Of a stretch of DNA of 64,000 nt, positions 25,544-39,172 are shown piece by piece; position 1 is the first letter of the stretch, and every line of letters starts with the position of its first letter. The DNA comes from Pecten maximus. Lineage: Eukaryota. Both the position numbers and the translations under genes were made by a program. Location of the stretch: NCBI RefSeq assembly GCF_902652985.1, contig NC_047019.1, forward strand, positions 14,382,097-14,446,096. Reading direction: 5' to 3'. The notes under the pieces are model-generated. The model searched no databases and was not told the origin of the DNA. It worked only from the letters and a program-made list of their open reading frames with translations.

Positions 25544-25959
25544 ACGGCTAAGTGTCATTTTGTCTTGTCGATAAGGTTCTTTTCCTACCGTGATGACATT
25601 TGACTATGTAAAACAATAATGTCGAATTTTAAACCAAACTTGAAGTTGATAAACACAAGTATGTATATATACAAAGTCCCGGAATTTTAAAACATCTTCG
25701 CTAGCCAAGGATTACAAGCGGATCGTAACCTTGGCTAGCGAAGATGGGGGGAATTACACTGCTAGTTTAAGTACAACGACATGATAGAGACTTAGAACTG
25801 AAGCAAACTATAAGGAGACCGGGCTATCACAAGAAACATGCATCATTAACAAGTGCAATCAATGATTGTCAACAAGCTCACCGACAGCAGCAATCACACT
25901 ATGCACTCACCATTCACTCATTTTTATGAATGTATATTAAAAGTATGTCATTTTGAAAT

Positions 25960-26545
25960 TGACTTCTAATGGATGTATCAACCAAATTAGACGGGTGTAG
26001 ACTTTCCAAAATCTTTGGTACCCAAAAAAGTCCACAAAATGGTATAATTCGAAAAAAAAACCCATTTTTTTCTGCATGATTTTGCTATAACATCACTCCT
26101 TGACCTCTACTGAATGTATAGACCAAATTAGAAGGGTGAGAGGTGTATACTTTTGAACTTACAAGCTTTCCAAAAACTTCTCCAAAAACTTTAAAGTTAA
26201 GTCCACTAAAAGGTAAAATGCAAAAACAATCCTAATTTTTGTATGCACGATTTTGCAATAACATCACCCCTAGACCTCTACTGAATGTATGAAGAAATTT
26301 GAAGGGTGTGAGGTGTATACTTTTGGACTTGCAAGTTTTACAATAATTTACCTAAAAAAAACTTTTAGTTTGGTTTTGGTGCTAAAAAAGATAAGTCTAC
26401 AAAATGGTAAAATGCGAAAAAAATCACATTTTTTTTTTTCTGCATGATTTTGCTATAACATCACTCCTAGACCTCTAATGAATGTATAAACCAAATTACA
26501 AGGTTACGAGGCATATACATTTTGACTTGCATGCTTTCCAAATAC
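25960..26545. repeat. Satellite-like tandem repeat, period about 185 bp, about 3.2 copies
   Basis: Repeated unit ..TTTTGC(T/A)ATAACATCAC(T/C)CCT(A/T)GACCTCTA(C/A)TGAATGTAT..AAATT..AAGG.T..GAGG..TATAC.TTTG.ACTT.CA.G.TTTCCAA.. at roughly 26080, 26265 and 26450. Lies downstream of paralog D. Confidence 0.7.
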
Positions 26546-28636
26546 TTACTCGTAACCGGTGAGCTAAAAAGGAAGCGAGTGATTTGTTTAGGTATCCAAG
26601 TCATAATCTTGATATTACGTACATTAATTTGGTGTATTTGAATAACATATTTTGTACAATTACACAAAAGATAAATCTTAAACAGTACCTATACGACAGA
26701 ATATCGACTGGATCATGTAACTTCTTCATCAAGATATGTCCTTCCAAAAGATCTAGATAAATCGGACCAAGTTTTAGAGGAACTTCTTGATTAATTTTTC
26801 ATAGAATCGTTTAGATACCATATTGCAGAAAAGGCAGTGTGCAGCTCTTTAAATTAGAAACGTGCGTGCCCAGGAACAAGCTAAAGATGCTAAATTGCAG
26901 ACACCCAGGCCTATACACTGCATCTTTAACTAAATAAATAAATACAGCATGCATTCTATAGATACACGAAGACCAGCTTCTTTTATTTTGATGCATGTTA
27001 ATATAACAGATGATATATTAATAACTATTATTAAAGAATAAACAAATTGAATAAGAATGCCAAATCTGAATATTTTCATTAAAAACGGCATTGAAAAATG
27101 AGAAAAATAAGTGGACAAAGAAGAGTAAATGAATTTTCAAATATCTTTGAAAGATTAACATGATCTGTTATTGACTTTGGTCGAGATGAAAATAATATGA
27201 AAATCATCAATGTACCTAGTACACAAATATAGTTTAAAGAAGAAATGACTATCTGTATAGATAAACATAGCAATAAACCAAATATAAGTCACAAATTACT
27301 GTTTAACTTAAAAAAAATATGGGTATTTGTCTTTTTTAACATTATTCATAACTAGAATTTTGGAAACATATAAACAGCAGTTTTGATGTAAAAGCAATAC
27401 TACACAAATATAGATTTGACAATTCATCATGTGTCAAGGGAAAAAAAACGATGAAATCTTTTATCTTATTTAGATTTTTAAGCCACGTACAGTATGAGAC
27501 AGTCAAAAATGACACTATACAAACAGAGATGTAATTTTTACGTTATGGGCTGTCCGATGACATAACAAGCAAGATTAAATTATAAATGTATCACATCACA
27601 CTGTTATCATGAAACGATATATTCTTAATCTGTTCAGTTCATCATAAGCTATATACTTTCAAAGATCTACAAAAGATGTTTCAACCTTTGAAAATTTAAA
27701 TAGAAGAGGCAATACCTTTGAACACATACTTATATATTATATGTAAAATGTTTACTTATGTAAATTTTTGTAGACACTATTGTCATGAAAAATAACAAAC
27801 TGTAATATCTTTATTTGATTTAACTTAAACCTATTTTAACAAATTTGTCATTCTACATTTAATACCGTATAGCAATACCTTTGTCAAAATTTTAAGTTTT
27901 TGAGAGAAAGAATTGATTGACAGAATTGTCAATTTCTTCTTTAACATTTATTTCATGGTGTTAGACTTCAGTTATATCAATTCATTATTATCATTGATTT
28001 CTGATGTAATTATTAATCACTGAGAATATAAGAGTCGGCCAGAGTGGCAGTTAATGCTATATCTGAACACCATGATGAAATGAGATTCCTTCTATCCAGG
28101 CACCGGAGTGTTTTTGTCTGAAAATGTGTTCACATTCAAACAGTAAACTATTTCCTAGTTGTTTTAGATTAATATTCTTAGTTATACTTTTTGCAGAAAA
28201 GATTTCTATTGCACAAAGCTTGAGAGGGAAGGCCAGCTTCGTCAAGACAATAATAAAATCATGTTACCAAATAAAAGTTTTGACAAAATAAATGGCTTCT
28301 TTACACATCATAAAAATTTCCTTTGTACTATGTAGGTAACAATAGACCAAACAAATTTTACCAATAACAACTAACAATTTGTACATTCTGCAATGTGAAC
28401 CAATCAAATGACGGCACACTGATGACACAATTCTCCTCATTTCAAGTTCACGAAAATTAAGATGAACAGTTACGTGCTACAACAGAGACTAATGTTTCAA
28501 TAGTGTTAACATGTAATTTGCATAGAATTATTGTTTAAGTACGGAATCTGTGATGAACAAAACTCCATGGAAAGAATGGGCAGAGACAACGATCAACGGG
28601 TCCCCAACGACATCGTGAAAGGGTTTTTGATTTACG

Positions 28637-31600
28637 ATATTACCATAGGAAGGCTGCTTTTATTTTCTTCTTGGAGTCCTCAACAATTTGAATGGCAGAC
28701 CTAGATTCCAGACAAGCATGTTGCATTTTTGCACGATTTTGTTCAATAGTTGATGATATTTCTTTGATTTCTGCTTGACTCCGAGGAACATTGTCTACCA
28801 TAGCAACAGCATCCCAGCATTCCTCACACATGGTACTGAGGCGGGCGTCCATTGTCTGAAGGTTGGTGTCAATTACAGGACATTCCTTCTGTATGGCCTT
28901 ACATACATTTGCAAACTATGGAAGGCAAGAAAATAATGTTAACTTAAGCTCATCTCTAACAGTGTGTCATTACATAATGTATAAAGATCTTTTAGACAGA
29001 TATGTCAGTCAGTCCCAGAAAATGGATAAAATAGAAAGTTACTTTTATCGGTAAATTTCCATGTTGACCACCCCTCTTCATTCCTGCTCTATGTTGACCA
29101 CCCCTCTTCATTCCTGCTCTAACCATTACCCAGTGCAACGGACAACTTTCAAGCATCAGGAAGTCATGTAAAAAGTTTTATTAATTTCTACAATAACAGT
29201 TTAAACAAAATAATGGTTTGGTATAGAAACTAAATACTGGAAAAAAAAAAAAAAAAAAAGGCCCAAGGGCCTTAACGGTCAGCTTACAGATCAGCCTCAT
29301 CTATATAAAACATGATAGCCCTTCCCCAATGATGTTTAACAACAAAATGGGATGTATTCCACCCAAGGATTAAGGAGGAGAAGGGTTTTAAAGCAAAAAT
29401 TCACTAAAGTTTCCTATTTGGGACACCATCACTCATGCCCCAGGGGTCGGACCAGCCTCATTTATATAGAATGTGATATACCTCCCCCAATGATGTTTCA
29501 CACAAAATTTGGATATAACATAATCCACCCAATGGCTAAGGAGTAGGTTTTTATAGAAAAAAAATCACCAAAGTTCCCCTTTTAGGACCCTGCCCCTCTG
29601 TCCCTAGTGGTCGGACCAGCCTGATTTATACAAAATATGATATACCTTCCCCACTGATGTTTCACACCATCGTTGGATGTAATCCACCAAAGGGTTAAGG
29701 TGTAGGGTTTTAAAGCAAAATTTCACCAAAGTTCATCTTTTAGGGCCCCGCCTCTCTGTCCACAGGAGTTTGACAGCCTCAATTTCATAAAATATGATTG
29801 CCCCCTCCCAACGATGTTTCAAATAAAATTTGGTAGCAATCCGCCTTGGGGTTAAGAAGGGGTAGCATTTTGAAATAAAAAAGACTTTAGATATGGCACA
29901 AGACGCATGATGACGGACGAAACACGATGGCTGTAGGTCATCCTGACCCTTTATTTGGGTCAGATGATCTAAAAAATAGTGGATCACAAAGAATATAAAA
30001 TTCTGTTTATCATATATCAACAAAATATTTTCTAATAAATATGCATATACATGTACATAGATTTCATATTTATATAAAACACTACTGCCAAGAATACTTG
30101 GTTCACAGCTGAAGCATTGGTTGTACTTTTTTTGTATAATTGACATTTAATGCCTGAATGTAATATCACAGACCAACAAAAAAAATATTACTAGATAGCT
30201 GTACTATCAAATGTATTAACCAATGAGCTAACAGAAATAACTTATACCAGTAACATACCTCATTGTGGAAGAGTTTCATGAGAACTCTCATTTTCTTCAC
30301 TGGTTTGAAATCTTCATCTTTTGATACAATCTCCAGCTTACAGAAATCTTCATCTTTCTTTACCTGTAGAGACAGGTCAAAAATTTACATTTGCAGAAAA
30401 TTTAGGGTAAAACAAAGTTATCTAAGTTACTCCTACTGCTGAGGAGTAAATTTACTCATGATACAATAAACAAGGATGTTGCTATTTTTTATCCAGTTTC
30501 ATTGTCGGGAATTATTTCCTTTGAATCAGTTCTATTGTTTCAAGATGGTGATATCATTTTTTATTTTATATTTTTGTCTTGCCCACTTAAGTTCAATTTT
30601 TGGGTGATTATATTTACCTTGAGTTCAGCTCCTTCCCCTATGTTGCGTTTGAGAGCAATGATACAGTCTTCCAGACTTGTCTCCCCTGATTCCAGAATTT
30701 GAGCTTGCATACACATCTCCTTGAGTTTGGTGAAAGACTTATGATGATAGTCACGCAACATGGCAACCTTCTTCACAGCAACATCAGCCATCTCAAAGAC
30801 ATGGTCAAACTATAAATACAACCATTTTACATCACTAAAACACCAAAGCATGCATATGTATGTCCTCACAATACTCAGCAATGCTTATATGTATTTGATT
30901 ATTTCGTGCAATAGAACTATACAAGTGATTTTTGAATTTTACATTTTAACATTTTAGATGGAGTTCTATGTGTTTTGTTTTTGTAAATGTCCTCTTTTGT
31001 TGTTGTTTTGACTGAAATAACAATTCAAATTGTCAAGGGGCCGCAAAACAATACTATACAAGTATATATAGCCTTTTGATGAGGTCAATACATGGTTTTA
31101 TTAACCTCAAAAAAAATATTAACCGAGGACACATTTCGAATTTGATAACGATACCAAAATCAAAAGGCTATTATAATTTTATTATAAAATGACTTGAGTT
31201 TTAATAATGAGGCAATGAATGCAAATAACATGTATTATTATACAGATTGATTTGTGAAGTAATTGTAAATATTTCATTATATCTTTTAAATACTACACAA
31301 TCAAATATAAACTAAAGTATTAACATTCTTTCAATACACTATAACTCTTATGATAATTGAATACTCTAACAATGAAAGTCATTGTTTGCCAATGTTTCAA
31401 AAGCATGCAAGATATTGTATACGGTTGGACAATACCAAGGGAAGTAATTCATTATTCGCATGCATGCGTAAACAATAGAAAAAAGATTACAAAGAGATTA
31501 ACCAGTAACCAGAACAGATTTTATTTGAGCATGAAACCTGCATCATGAATAAAAAATATTTTTCAAAAGCAAGGGGTTGATACTGAAGCATTTTTTTATA

Positions 31601-33335
31601 TCTAAAATCACTCACCTCCTTCACATGTGTCAGCTGTAGTCCTTCATACTCCAGCTCTTTTGCTTTCTTCTGCTCTGAAGCTTTGTCCTTGGGTTTATAT
31701 TTATTTACAGCAAACTTCGCCTCCAGTACATGGCGTACAAGGTACTGTACTGCCTCTCTCACCGACCCATCTCCATCCCGAGCAGACGCCATTAGACTAC
31801 AGATCAAATCATTTTGTATTAGAACATTCAATATACACCCTCTATTTATTATATCATTTTGTTTCTAATCCTCCCATCATTCTTCATCCCTACTAGTATG
31901 TACACTTTATAATTACTTGTAAGAGCTAAGATACATGTAAGTTCACAGTTTGCCTTTGATCACAGGTGCCTGACTCGTTTCATAATGAGCTGGGCACCTG
32001 TGCTCTAATTTACAGTTTTATGTATTTCTTGTTTTTTCTTTTATATCCCTTTTTCTTTCTCTTCTTCTTGTTTTACAGATGTTTTATCAATCATTTACCT
32101 TCCATGAAAGTTATGGTCTACTGCAGTCTTCTCCAAAAACTTAACACATTCAGGTTTTTCCTCCTCTGTAATTGGACCGTTAATTGACCATATCTTACGG
32201 GAATTTTCCTCAATTTCCTGTTTCTCCTTATCTACAACATATAACAGCCATGTATTGATAAGAAACAGCCAGCATATTCTGACGGAGTTTTAGATGAGGA
32301 AAAACATATATAGGTGAGATCTGATGTTGAATCTCGACAACTGAATCAGCTTTCAATTAGGTTTACTGAGAACAATGCATTAAAGTGGTTTGGTTATTGA
32401 GACTTCAAAGTTCATTAATTTAAATAATGAATAAAATATTATATAAACTTAAGGGGATATGACACAGTCCTGAAATAGTCAACCCATTGTTTTTAAAAAT
32501 TGATGTGAGTTAACTTTTTGCCACCATATGCTTTGTTGAAAAACATAAACATGCCTTAAATTTCCATGCTTATATTCTCCATATCTAGACTCTTTTGAGA
32601 AAACATGCAAGTTTTCAAAACAGTAATTATTTCATTTGAAGTATATATGAAAAAATGCTACAATTCTCTTAAATGTTTAGTTTTTCAAGGGAGAATGCTA
32701 TTATAGCTGAGAAATGTTACCTACAAGTAAGAATGCTATTTTTGGTCACATTTTTATTTCACCAAAATAGTAAATTTGAACATTTTTTTTCAATATTTTG
32801 TCATAAATGAAATCATATTTAACCTTTCCTGCAGTGAAAGATTATGATAAATACTACAATATGGAAGAATAAAAACATTAACCTTACTATAAAAATAAAA
32901 ATAATACAACAAATTATTGTCAATTTTCTTTTTATCACATAATTTAGGAAGAATCATCTCCCCTTGGTATATATTTTATTCTGTCGTTTTCCTGGTGTCA
33001 CAGACTGACATAGCTCCTGACTGCATAAGCATATATGCATCAGTGCTCACATGGGGCGATAACTCTTTATGAACTTTTCTCAAATGTAGGTCTGATCTTC
33101 ATCTGGAAATCTTTTTTTCTCATGAGGTAGGCTAGCATTTCATGAGTGTTTCATATCACATTAAGCATGTGTCGGTACAAAGCATTTTCTACCCTTTATT
33201 TTATACTGTAGCTGTCGAATGATTTATTTATATAAAGTATATCATTCTACCTTCTTCTTCTGAACTTTTCTTCTCCTCCTTTGCTCGCTCTGCCATCATT
33301 TTTTTCAAACGTTCGGCCTGTATCCTCTGTTCAAT
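28637..33335 (-). CDS. Conserved coiled-coil protein gene (function not recognised), at least 6 exons, 5' end unresolved
   Basis: Minus-strand exons with GT-AG junctions and consistent phases: 33251-33335 (IEQRIQAERLKKMMAERAKEEKKSSEEE), 32099-32231 (DKEKQEIEENSRKIWSINGPITEEEKPECVKFLEKTAVDHNFHG), 31616-31796 (SLMASARDGDGSVREAVQYLVRHVLEAKFAVNKYKPKDKASEQKKAKELEYEGLQLTHVKE), 30618-30809 (FDHVFEMADVAVKKVAMLRDYHHKSFTKLKEMCMQAQILESGETSLEDCIIALKRNIGEGAELK), 30259-30363 (VKKDEDFCKLEIVSKDEDFKPVKKMRVLMKLFHNE), 28637-28915 (FANVCKAIQKECPVIDTNLQTMDARLSTMCEECWDAVAMVDNVPRSQAEIKEISSTIEQNRAKMQHACLESRSAIQIVEDSKKKIKAAFLW, stop). Family not identified from memory. Confidence 0.6.
29262..29880. repeat. Tandem repeat, period about 150 bp, about 4 copies, in intron of the coiled-coil gene
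   Basis: Units of the form GGTCGGACCAGCCTCATTTATATA(A/G)AA(C/T)ATGATA..CC.CCAATGATGTTT(A/C)ACA..AAA.TGGAT.TA..CCACCCAA.GG.TAAGGAG.AG.GTTTTAAAGCAAAAATTCAC(T/C)AAAGTT.C..TTT.GGAC.C..C.C. Confidence 0.65.
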
Positions 33336-34187
33336 CTGAAATTAAAAAGATTTTCATATGATGTTCATATAAATTGTTTTTGTACTTGCCAATGTATAAC
33401 ATGTAAATACTAAGTATATGGCCATGAAAAGTCAGTACATCCATCAGGGTTGATGTGTATAGTGCATATTAAAGACCACGGAGCCTTGACACAAACTCCC
33501 AATGAAACTGAGGCTGCGATAGCTCAGTCTGTTAGAGCGCCGGCCTTGACTTAACATCAGATGAAGATCTAAGTTGTTTAGTTTGACTCTCCTTACAGTT
33601 TTGTGTTTGTCAGGAAGCTTTGTGGCTGTTCTTCCTCTCGATGGCATGCTACAAAGAGTGACTATTGTATGTTGTTTAGTGAGGTAGTCACAAACTACTA
33701 CAAGCAGAACCTATTTCAAAATGACCCTGGCTGTTCATGGGGTGATAAACCCAGAATTACATATGGAATTTATATCCCCTGATTTCCCGACGTATTGTAA
33801 GTAAACATTTTTGAGGTTAGGAATAAATGTGTCACACTTTAGCTTGACAGAATCACAAACTCTGTTGAGCCATAATACATTGCTTAAAACTTGAAGAAAA
33901 AAGTAAAGCCTTATACAGGTTAGAAGTTTTATTGAACATGTGTTACAAGATAAAGTAAGACTTCCCTTCTCATCTGCCATTACCAAACCCTATCACGAAT
34001 TTGACTGAGCTCTTAATACATCAGACTCTGTTCTCCTAAGTGGGGGTTGGGTATTTGTGCCAAGTTCCTGAGTTTTAATTTGATATGGGATGTACATAAG
34101 TTGAAAAATTGGATAGGATGTTACATGTGGTGTATATTTATAAAATACAAGTTTTCCTCATAATAAAAAGGTGTTTTTAATGCATTC

Positions 34188-36751
34188 CTACCACAGACAG
34201 AAAGAAATTATTGAGTTACCCACCACATCAAACTTGTTGCCAAGTAAAAGTATGGGGAATGTTCCCTTGTCAACCGGAGTTTCTTCCATGGTGGTCGTGT
34301 GGACCTGGCCTGCCTTATCCTCTACTGGACGTGTCAAGAAGGTGTTGTTTAGGACAGTTTGGCGCCACACAGGTGCCATCTCTATACTGGTCTGCTCGGT
34401 CATATCAACTACGACTGTAACACAGGAGAATTTAGACATTAATTTCCCCAGTCTTGATTTCATTCTTGAACAAAGATATAGATGAAATGATTTGGTATAA
34501 ATTAATGAAAATAATGTATCATAGTTACTACTATAACCTATAATATATTCACAATTACATTCCCTAACTTTGTGAACTTTCTTTTAAAACTGATTTTTTT
34601 TGTGAAATTCATTTTTTTAATTATATTTTCCATGTCTTTAAAGTCAAGTTGGGGTTATATTACCAAAGCTTTGTGATGTTTCTACAATTAGTTTTACCAG
34701 AGATCTATCTCTGGTTTTACATTATGCACAAACTGATATACAGGTATAAACATACACAAATGTCTGCCAATGATATAGTGTTACACTATCTGTTGTGATA
34801 GACTGATATATACTCCCTAAATGACTGACCTAATAATGTCTGTCAATGCATCAGATAGAGTAATAGACTCGAATTATACTCCCTAACTGACTGACCTATA
34901 GCAGCATCAAGGTTCCTGAAGTAAGATTTATGGAGATCTATGTCCTCTCGTCCTGGAATATCCCACAAGGTCAAGGACACAACAGTGTGACCCGGAACAT
35001 TCAACTTCCGAACAGTGCTCTCTGGAATTTTTACACATAAACCATAATTATTTCTAAAACTCACAAAATCTGGTGTCTAAATATGAAATCATATCTAGCA
35101 TTGTCTAAGATTTAACTTCAAAAGAACATAAAATGAGGACCTTTTGATAGACATTAAATATTCCATGCACACAATGAACAACCAAAGGATAATAACAGAA
35201 CAACAAACCATGTACAATATTGATTTAACAATAATGAATAGACAAACATAAATGTACATAATGTTGTTTTCCAATTTGGGTTGAATATACCATAGACAGA
35301 TAGATTACAATAAATGTACATATTTTACTGGTAATCTTGTTCTAGCATTTTTTTTATTCTGGAAGCATTCCACTGAATTATGACTATGCTAATTGCAGTT
35401 GGTTTCTATGGCAATCATTGGCGTGTAATTCATTCTTCCACTAATCTGTTTTAATTTGGTTTATTAAATTAAGTACATGTTCATTATGCTTGAGCTTGTG
35501 ACATACCAATCTCATTATAGATCTAAATTGTTACAATATTGAGAAATAATTACGAGAAAGCCCAAAGATTAAGTCTCAGCGGTTGGGAAGGACAGAGCCA
35601 TATTGATACTGGTATATATAGTCACATAAAGATTAGCAATAGCCCATAGACATTTAAAAGTCTACTTTAGACAAAAAGTAAAATTGGCCCCGAGGAATTT
35701 TTAAAACGGTGGTAAATGGCCCATACCTAGGATCAGCCTTCCATCCCAATCCCTGAAATCTAAAATATTTCTTGATATTTTGATTTTCAAATCTTTAAAT
35801 AGATAGTAGATTCGAGTTACAACTGAACATTCAGAATTTTGAAAGGCATTTGCTGTAATTTTACACAAACAGCACAATTATCAGATCTGCTATATATACT
35901 AACATTGATCAAATGTTTAAAATTTCTTGCATGGTAATGCCATTTTAACTGTATATGTTACATTTTAACTGTAAACTCCAAAAATATTCTACGTACCTAT
36001 GACTGCTTTCTTGGTGGGAATATACATTGGACTGAACTGATTCTTCAGAAACCTTAGTGCCACACATGTTTTACCTACTTCAGGATCACCTGGCCAAAAC
36101 AACAAAAAAGTTTACATGACATCAATTCAGAGATCTTCACTAGTCGAGGCTTCTGATTATGTTACACTCCACAAGTTTGTGGAGTAAACTTGTGGAGTGT
36201 AACATAATCAGGAGCCTTGGCTAGCAAAGATGCAGTTCAGGGTAAGAGACTGTATATGCAATATACATGTCCTCTATTTGTAATTTAAGCTGTAAAACTA
36301 CATACTGAAGTGGCAAAAACAAAACTCATTAATATTCATAAGCACACAGTTTTATCTGAGGTTAGAACGATTCTAATAAGAATCAAATAAATAGGGAAAA
36401 CATTGTTTGGTTCCAGTGATAATTTCTATGATTATAAATACCATTAAAATAAGTCGTGAATAAATACAATGTCTACCATAACACTTAAGAGGTTGAATGA
36501 TTTGAAACATTCTTGATACATTATGACTGACAGAAAGGTGAAGTTTTTATGGTATCTACAATGTACTGCATATTGTGGCAGTCAATTGGATAAAGTTTGT
36601 CAGGAATGAATGCTTTACTGGTTATCATGTCCACAAAAAATAGTTTTCAGTATAAAATAAACAGTGCAAGAAAATGTGATTCCCCTATAAAACAACCTGT
36701 GTATCTTACCTACTAAAGCAATCTTCAGTGGAGGGACATGGTGTCCTGTGC
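34188..36751 (-). CDS. Rab-like small GTPase, IFT27/RABL4-like (partial model; initiator exon and exact 3' end unresolved)
   Basis: Minus-strand exons: 36710-36751 (..HHVPPLKIALV), 35997-36089 (GDPEVGKTCVALRFLKNQFSPMYIPTKKAVI; the P-loop form GDPxVGKT is characteristic of IFT27), 34896-35021 (ESTVRKLNVPGHTVVSLTLWDIPGREDIDLHKSYFRNLDAAI; switch II reads WDIPGRE instead of the usual WDTAGQE), 34188-34414 (VVVDMTEQTSIEMAPVWRQTV..PILLLGNKFDV..). The order of G1-G3-G4 motifs is canonical for Ras-superfamily proteins. Confidence 0.5.
36155..36222. repeat. Perfect inverted repeat 2 x 31 bp, in intron of the IFT27-like gene
   Basis: CTGATTATGTTACACTCCACAAGTTTGTGGAG|TAAACTTGTGGAGTGTAACATAATCAG. The flanks GTCGAGGCTTC and GAGCCTTGGCTAGC are also partly complementary and resemble the 25704-25744 inverted repeat (CTTCGCTAGCCAAGG..CCTTGGCTAGCGAAG). 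Confidence 0.7.
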
Positions 36752-37645
36752 CTGAATGGAAAGAAATATAATGTACTTATCACAGTTTAATTCACTATGC
36801 ATGTACTGTATAAAGTACAATAAATGTACATGTATTGTAATAATGGAAACAATTCTTTTTAAAAATAGGTAAACTAATGTTAACCTTGATTAGTGCAGCA
36901 TAAAACTTCCAACTTAAAAATACTTTAATTTTACTTGAACCTTAGACAAGACTTGAACTATTAACATACAAATGTACATGTACAATGTAATTTGAACAGT
37001 TAAGCAAAATTTTAAAGGATAAACAACAGAATACCCTTCGTGGAAATAGTAAACAGTGTAAACAATAATAGTGACCAATACCCTTTTGACAATTTTATAC
37101 ACTTTTATATTGACAAAAAAATTACATCACATATTAACCCTTGAAATCATTAACTTTTCTCTGGACCATCTGTTTATATATAGACTCCAACTAAAACACT
37201 TCAATTTACTGTACTGGAATCAATGTGTTACTGACCTTATGAAAGTAAATAAAATTCATTATCAATATATTGGTTTGTATCATTCCAAATCTTAATATTT
37301 ATACTTTTGTGACAAATTGATTAATGTCTATGTAAATTGTACAATCAGGAATCTTAATCAAGTTTTGAAAGACAGGAGATCTCGACCCGTGTTTCCCGGT
37401 ACGACGAATCACCGAAACGGATCAATTAAAAACGAAGAAAGGTATAATATAGATCTACATGTTTATTGTGAATAGTAAGTGACGAGACATGTATAACGTT
37501 ATATCAGAGATTATATACTAACTAGAATATAGACCTCTGGTTACATATACGCACGGTATGTTCAACCGAATCGTGTTTCCTGCTTTGACCCATTAACAGA
37601 CATGTATGAATTTGACCATTACTGGACAGTCCGTTACTTTCAATT

Positions 37646-37812
37646 GGCATGGAAATGTAACTCGACAAACCCGTAACTAAACCAGGGCATGGAAATGTAA
37701 CTCGACAAACCCATAACTAAACCAGGGCATTGAAATGTAACTCGACAAACCCATAACTAAACCAGGGCATGGAAATTCTACAAACCCATAACTAAACCAG
37801 GGCATGGAAATG
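37646..37812. repeat. Minisatellite, period about 40 bp, about 4 copies
   Basis: GGCATGGAAATGTAACTCGACAAACCC(G/A)TAACTAAACCAG repeated four times, with the last copy deleted to GGCATGGAAATTCTACAAACCC. Confidence 0.7.
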
Positions 37813-38449
37813 TAAAAGACAATTGTATAAGAATATATCTAATTGAGGTTTTGACAGTGTTTCAGTTCCGTTGCATCTTCTTCAATGAAAAATATCCCAA
37901 TTTCCAAATCATTTTTTTTTATATTCGGACCACAAGAATACGTAATAATTAATATAAAATTACTCCGTATTTAATGTGAAAGTCACCGTGGCATACGGGG
38001 GCATTTTTACATTGTACTTCACGAATCTGTCCGTCAAAAACTCTTCGATGCAAAAGGAAAACGGACTGCATAATGTCACATATCGTAGCATGACAATCGA
38101 TAAATCATAATCAAATCGTAATTTTGATAAATTAGAAAATAACCTGAATAGGCGAATGGGTTATCTGAATCCGAACTGCAACCTGCTCCCATTGTGTTAT
38201 GCCTTATGTGATTCAGAAATCATTGGAATACTAGATTTATTGCAGTTCGTCAGCCATGTTGTTGACATTGTAGCTAGGTGTTCTTGCGTAGGACGTCATC
38301 ACATTATGTGTAATATTAACCTCATTACTATTGTCGTTATCATCTTCAAAGCAGTAAGTAACAACATTAACTATAGGCGTGAATTGTTAGAGTTACAATA
38401 TTCAAGGCGAGTCAACAGGACAATTTCTATAGAGCACTTGGTATGAGCT

Positions 38450-38521
38450 GGTTCTGTGGTGTAGTGGTTATCACGTCTGCTTTACACGCAGAAGGTCGCG
38501 AGTTCGAACCTCGCCAGAACC
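38450..38521 (+). tRNA. tRNA-Val (anticodon TAC)
   Basis: 72 nt: GGTTCTGTGGTGTAGTGGTTATCACGTCTGCTTTACACGCAGAAGGTCGCGAGTTCGAACCTCGCCAGAACC. Cloverleaf is foldable, box A TGGTGTAGTGG, box B GGTTCGAACC, anticodon loop TTTACAC, followed by a T5 Pol III terminator. Confidence 0.9.
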
Positions 38522-39172
38522 TCTCAATATTTTTCTTGCATCTGGGTAATAATATCTTTTCCATCGACGTATTTTTTTTTGTCTCTGAAAATAATGTATT
38601 TTTAGTAAAGGCAAACATATTAATATATTTTAAAGTTACAAATCAAAGGCACATGAGCTTACAGTCTGAGTTTTGAAAAAAAAAAAAATCATTGGTCTAA
38701 ACGTATTCTATTTGTCAAAACACTAATGGGATTACTATATGATACTTATAATCCGTCTTTTCCCTTGTAACAAATGATTCATAGGGGTCGGTATTAGCTT
38801 GAACGTTTTTAGCCATTTTGTTCCTAATGAAGAGGTGGTCGGTTTTGAGAAGAGCCAGTTTTGGGGAGACGTACTGTACGTTGTATGAAGCTATACGAGC
38901 ATGGCTACACGTAGTCCCTCAAAACCATATTAAATGGATACATACAGATGTATACTGTCTTTATTGTCAACTGTTTAATCGGAAAACATATAACCTTGTA
39001 TTGTACATGTAGCCATAGCTTAATTAGGAACTTGTTGAACATTCAGTAATAACACTTTCAATCTATACATGAAGGTCTGTCTAGCAAGTTTTTAAGTGGC
39101 ATATACTACATACATTAGTTATTATGGGAAATTCGATTATGTACAGTACTAACTACACGTAGCTGATATCAA

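Noticed and set aside
25960-26545. Regular tandem arrays considered as CRISPR-like
   Set aside because: This is a eukaryotic locus. The units are 40-185 bp head-to-tail satellites without unique spacers, so this is not CRISPR.
33505-33580. tRNA-like string GCTGCGATAGCTCAGTCTGTTAGAGCGCCGGCCTTGACTTAACATCAG
   Set aside because: It has a D-arm-like AGCTCAGT..TAGAGCG but no complementary acceptor or T arms and no B box. It is probably a decayed SINE head or chance similarity, not a tRNA gene.
34171-34485. 104-aa plus-strand ORF
   Set aside because: Antisense to the last exon of the IFT27-like GTPase (the minus strand encodes VVVDMTEQ..ILLLGNKFDV). Low-complexity composition.
38156-38446. 96-aa plus-strand ORF immediately upstream of tRNA-Val(TAC)
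   Set aside because: No homology features, Cys/Ile-rich low complexity, ends inside the tRNA leader. Likely non-coding spacer of the tRNA array.
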